Notes under the pieces: model-generated
Database searches by the model: none
What the model saw: the letters and a program-made list of their open reading frames with translations, nothing else
What the model was told of the DNA's origin: nothing
Made by a program: the position numbers and the translations under genes
Source of the DNA: Phoronis australis
Lineage: Eukaryota; Animalia; Phoronida
NCBI GenBank assembly: GCA_002633005.1
Contig: NMRA01000143.1
Location: 439,402 to 503,401 of the forward strand
Direction of reading: 5' to 3'
Length of the DNA: 64,000 bases
Shown here: positions 63,591 through 64,000 of the stretch, piece after piece
Layout of the letters: each line of letters opens with the position of its first letter
Numbering within the stretch: position 1 is the stretch's first letter

Positions 63591-64000
63591 ATTAGTAGGG
63601 TGTTTACACTGATGTTTGGATTTTTGACTATTTCAAATTTTTGTTACCGTTCTTCATTCATATTTTTGTGAAAAGTGAAATTCATTCGAAAACCGCAAAA
63701 CTGTCATTTAGATCTTTACCCTATATCGTTGCTCACTACACGTGAACAGTGGCTGATTCGAAAGATCCCAGGGTAGCCCATAACCTTCACAAACTGGTCA
63801 TTTATCAAGCCAACACACAGAGACGATTTCTCAGTATGCCAGAACAATAGTCAGGAAATCATATTGGTTTTGGCTCAGGGATACACTGAAAATCTAACAA
63901 AGACCTCAAAATATGGTTGTGCACTAACAGGTATTCTGGTACCCCTCACTATGTAATGTAAAACTGGAGCAATGCACGTTTTCAGGGAAACTTGACCAAA

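Overview
This is AT-rich eukaryotic (metazoan) genomic DNA from a gapped draft assembly, with an N-run at 7899-8830 and single n at 37742 and 62539. A marine invertebrate source is likely, but that is inference. Most of the window is one multi-exon + strand gene assembled by hand from splice sites and frame continuity. It encodes a GRAM-domain, single-transmembrane protein of the GRAMD2A/GRAMD2B type (12 coding exons, 12092-56993, 474 aa as modelled), with a ~31.5 kb first coding intron containing a likely alternative first exon. A convergent terminal exon of a small heat-shock (alpha-crystallin domain) gene lies at 63129-63275 (-). Introns are packed with non-autonomous DNA transposons: TA-flanked CCGTA-ended Tc1/mariner-type elements, Helentron/DINE-1-like elements, MITEs with 5-bp or TTAA target duplications, and a decayed LINE. 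Highlights: (1) the Helentron-like elements carry ~150-bp tandem arrays in which each unit holds a co-oriented CTCF-like motif; (2) a ~33-bp tandem repeat has multiplied the splice acceptor of the last exon; (3) a 2.1-kb duplication shows a filled/empty transposon site pair; (4) three CA-ended MITEs have 5-bp NWTAS target duplications; (5) a ~40-bp-periodic CCAAT-box array lies downstream of the stop codon. Almost all ORFs in the supplied track are spurious.
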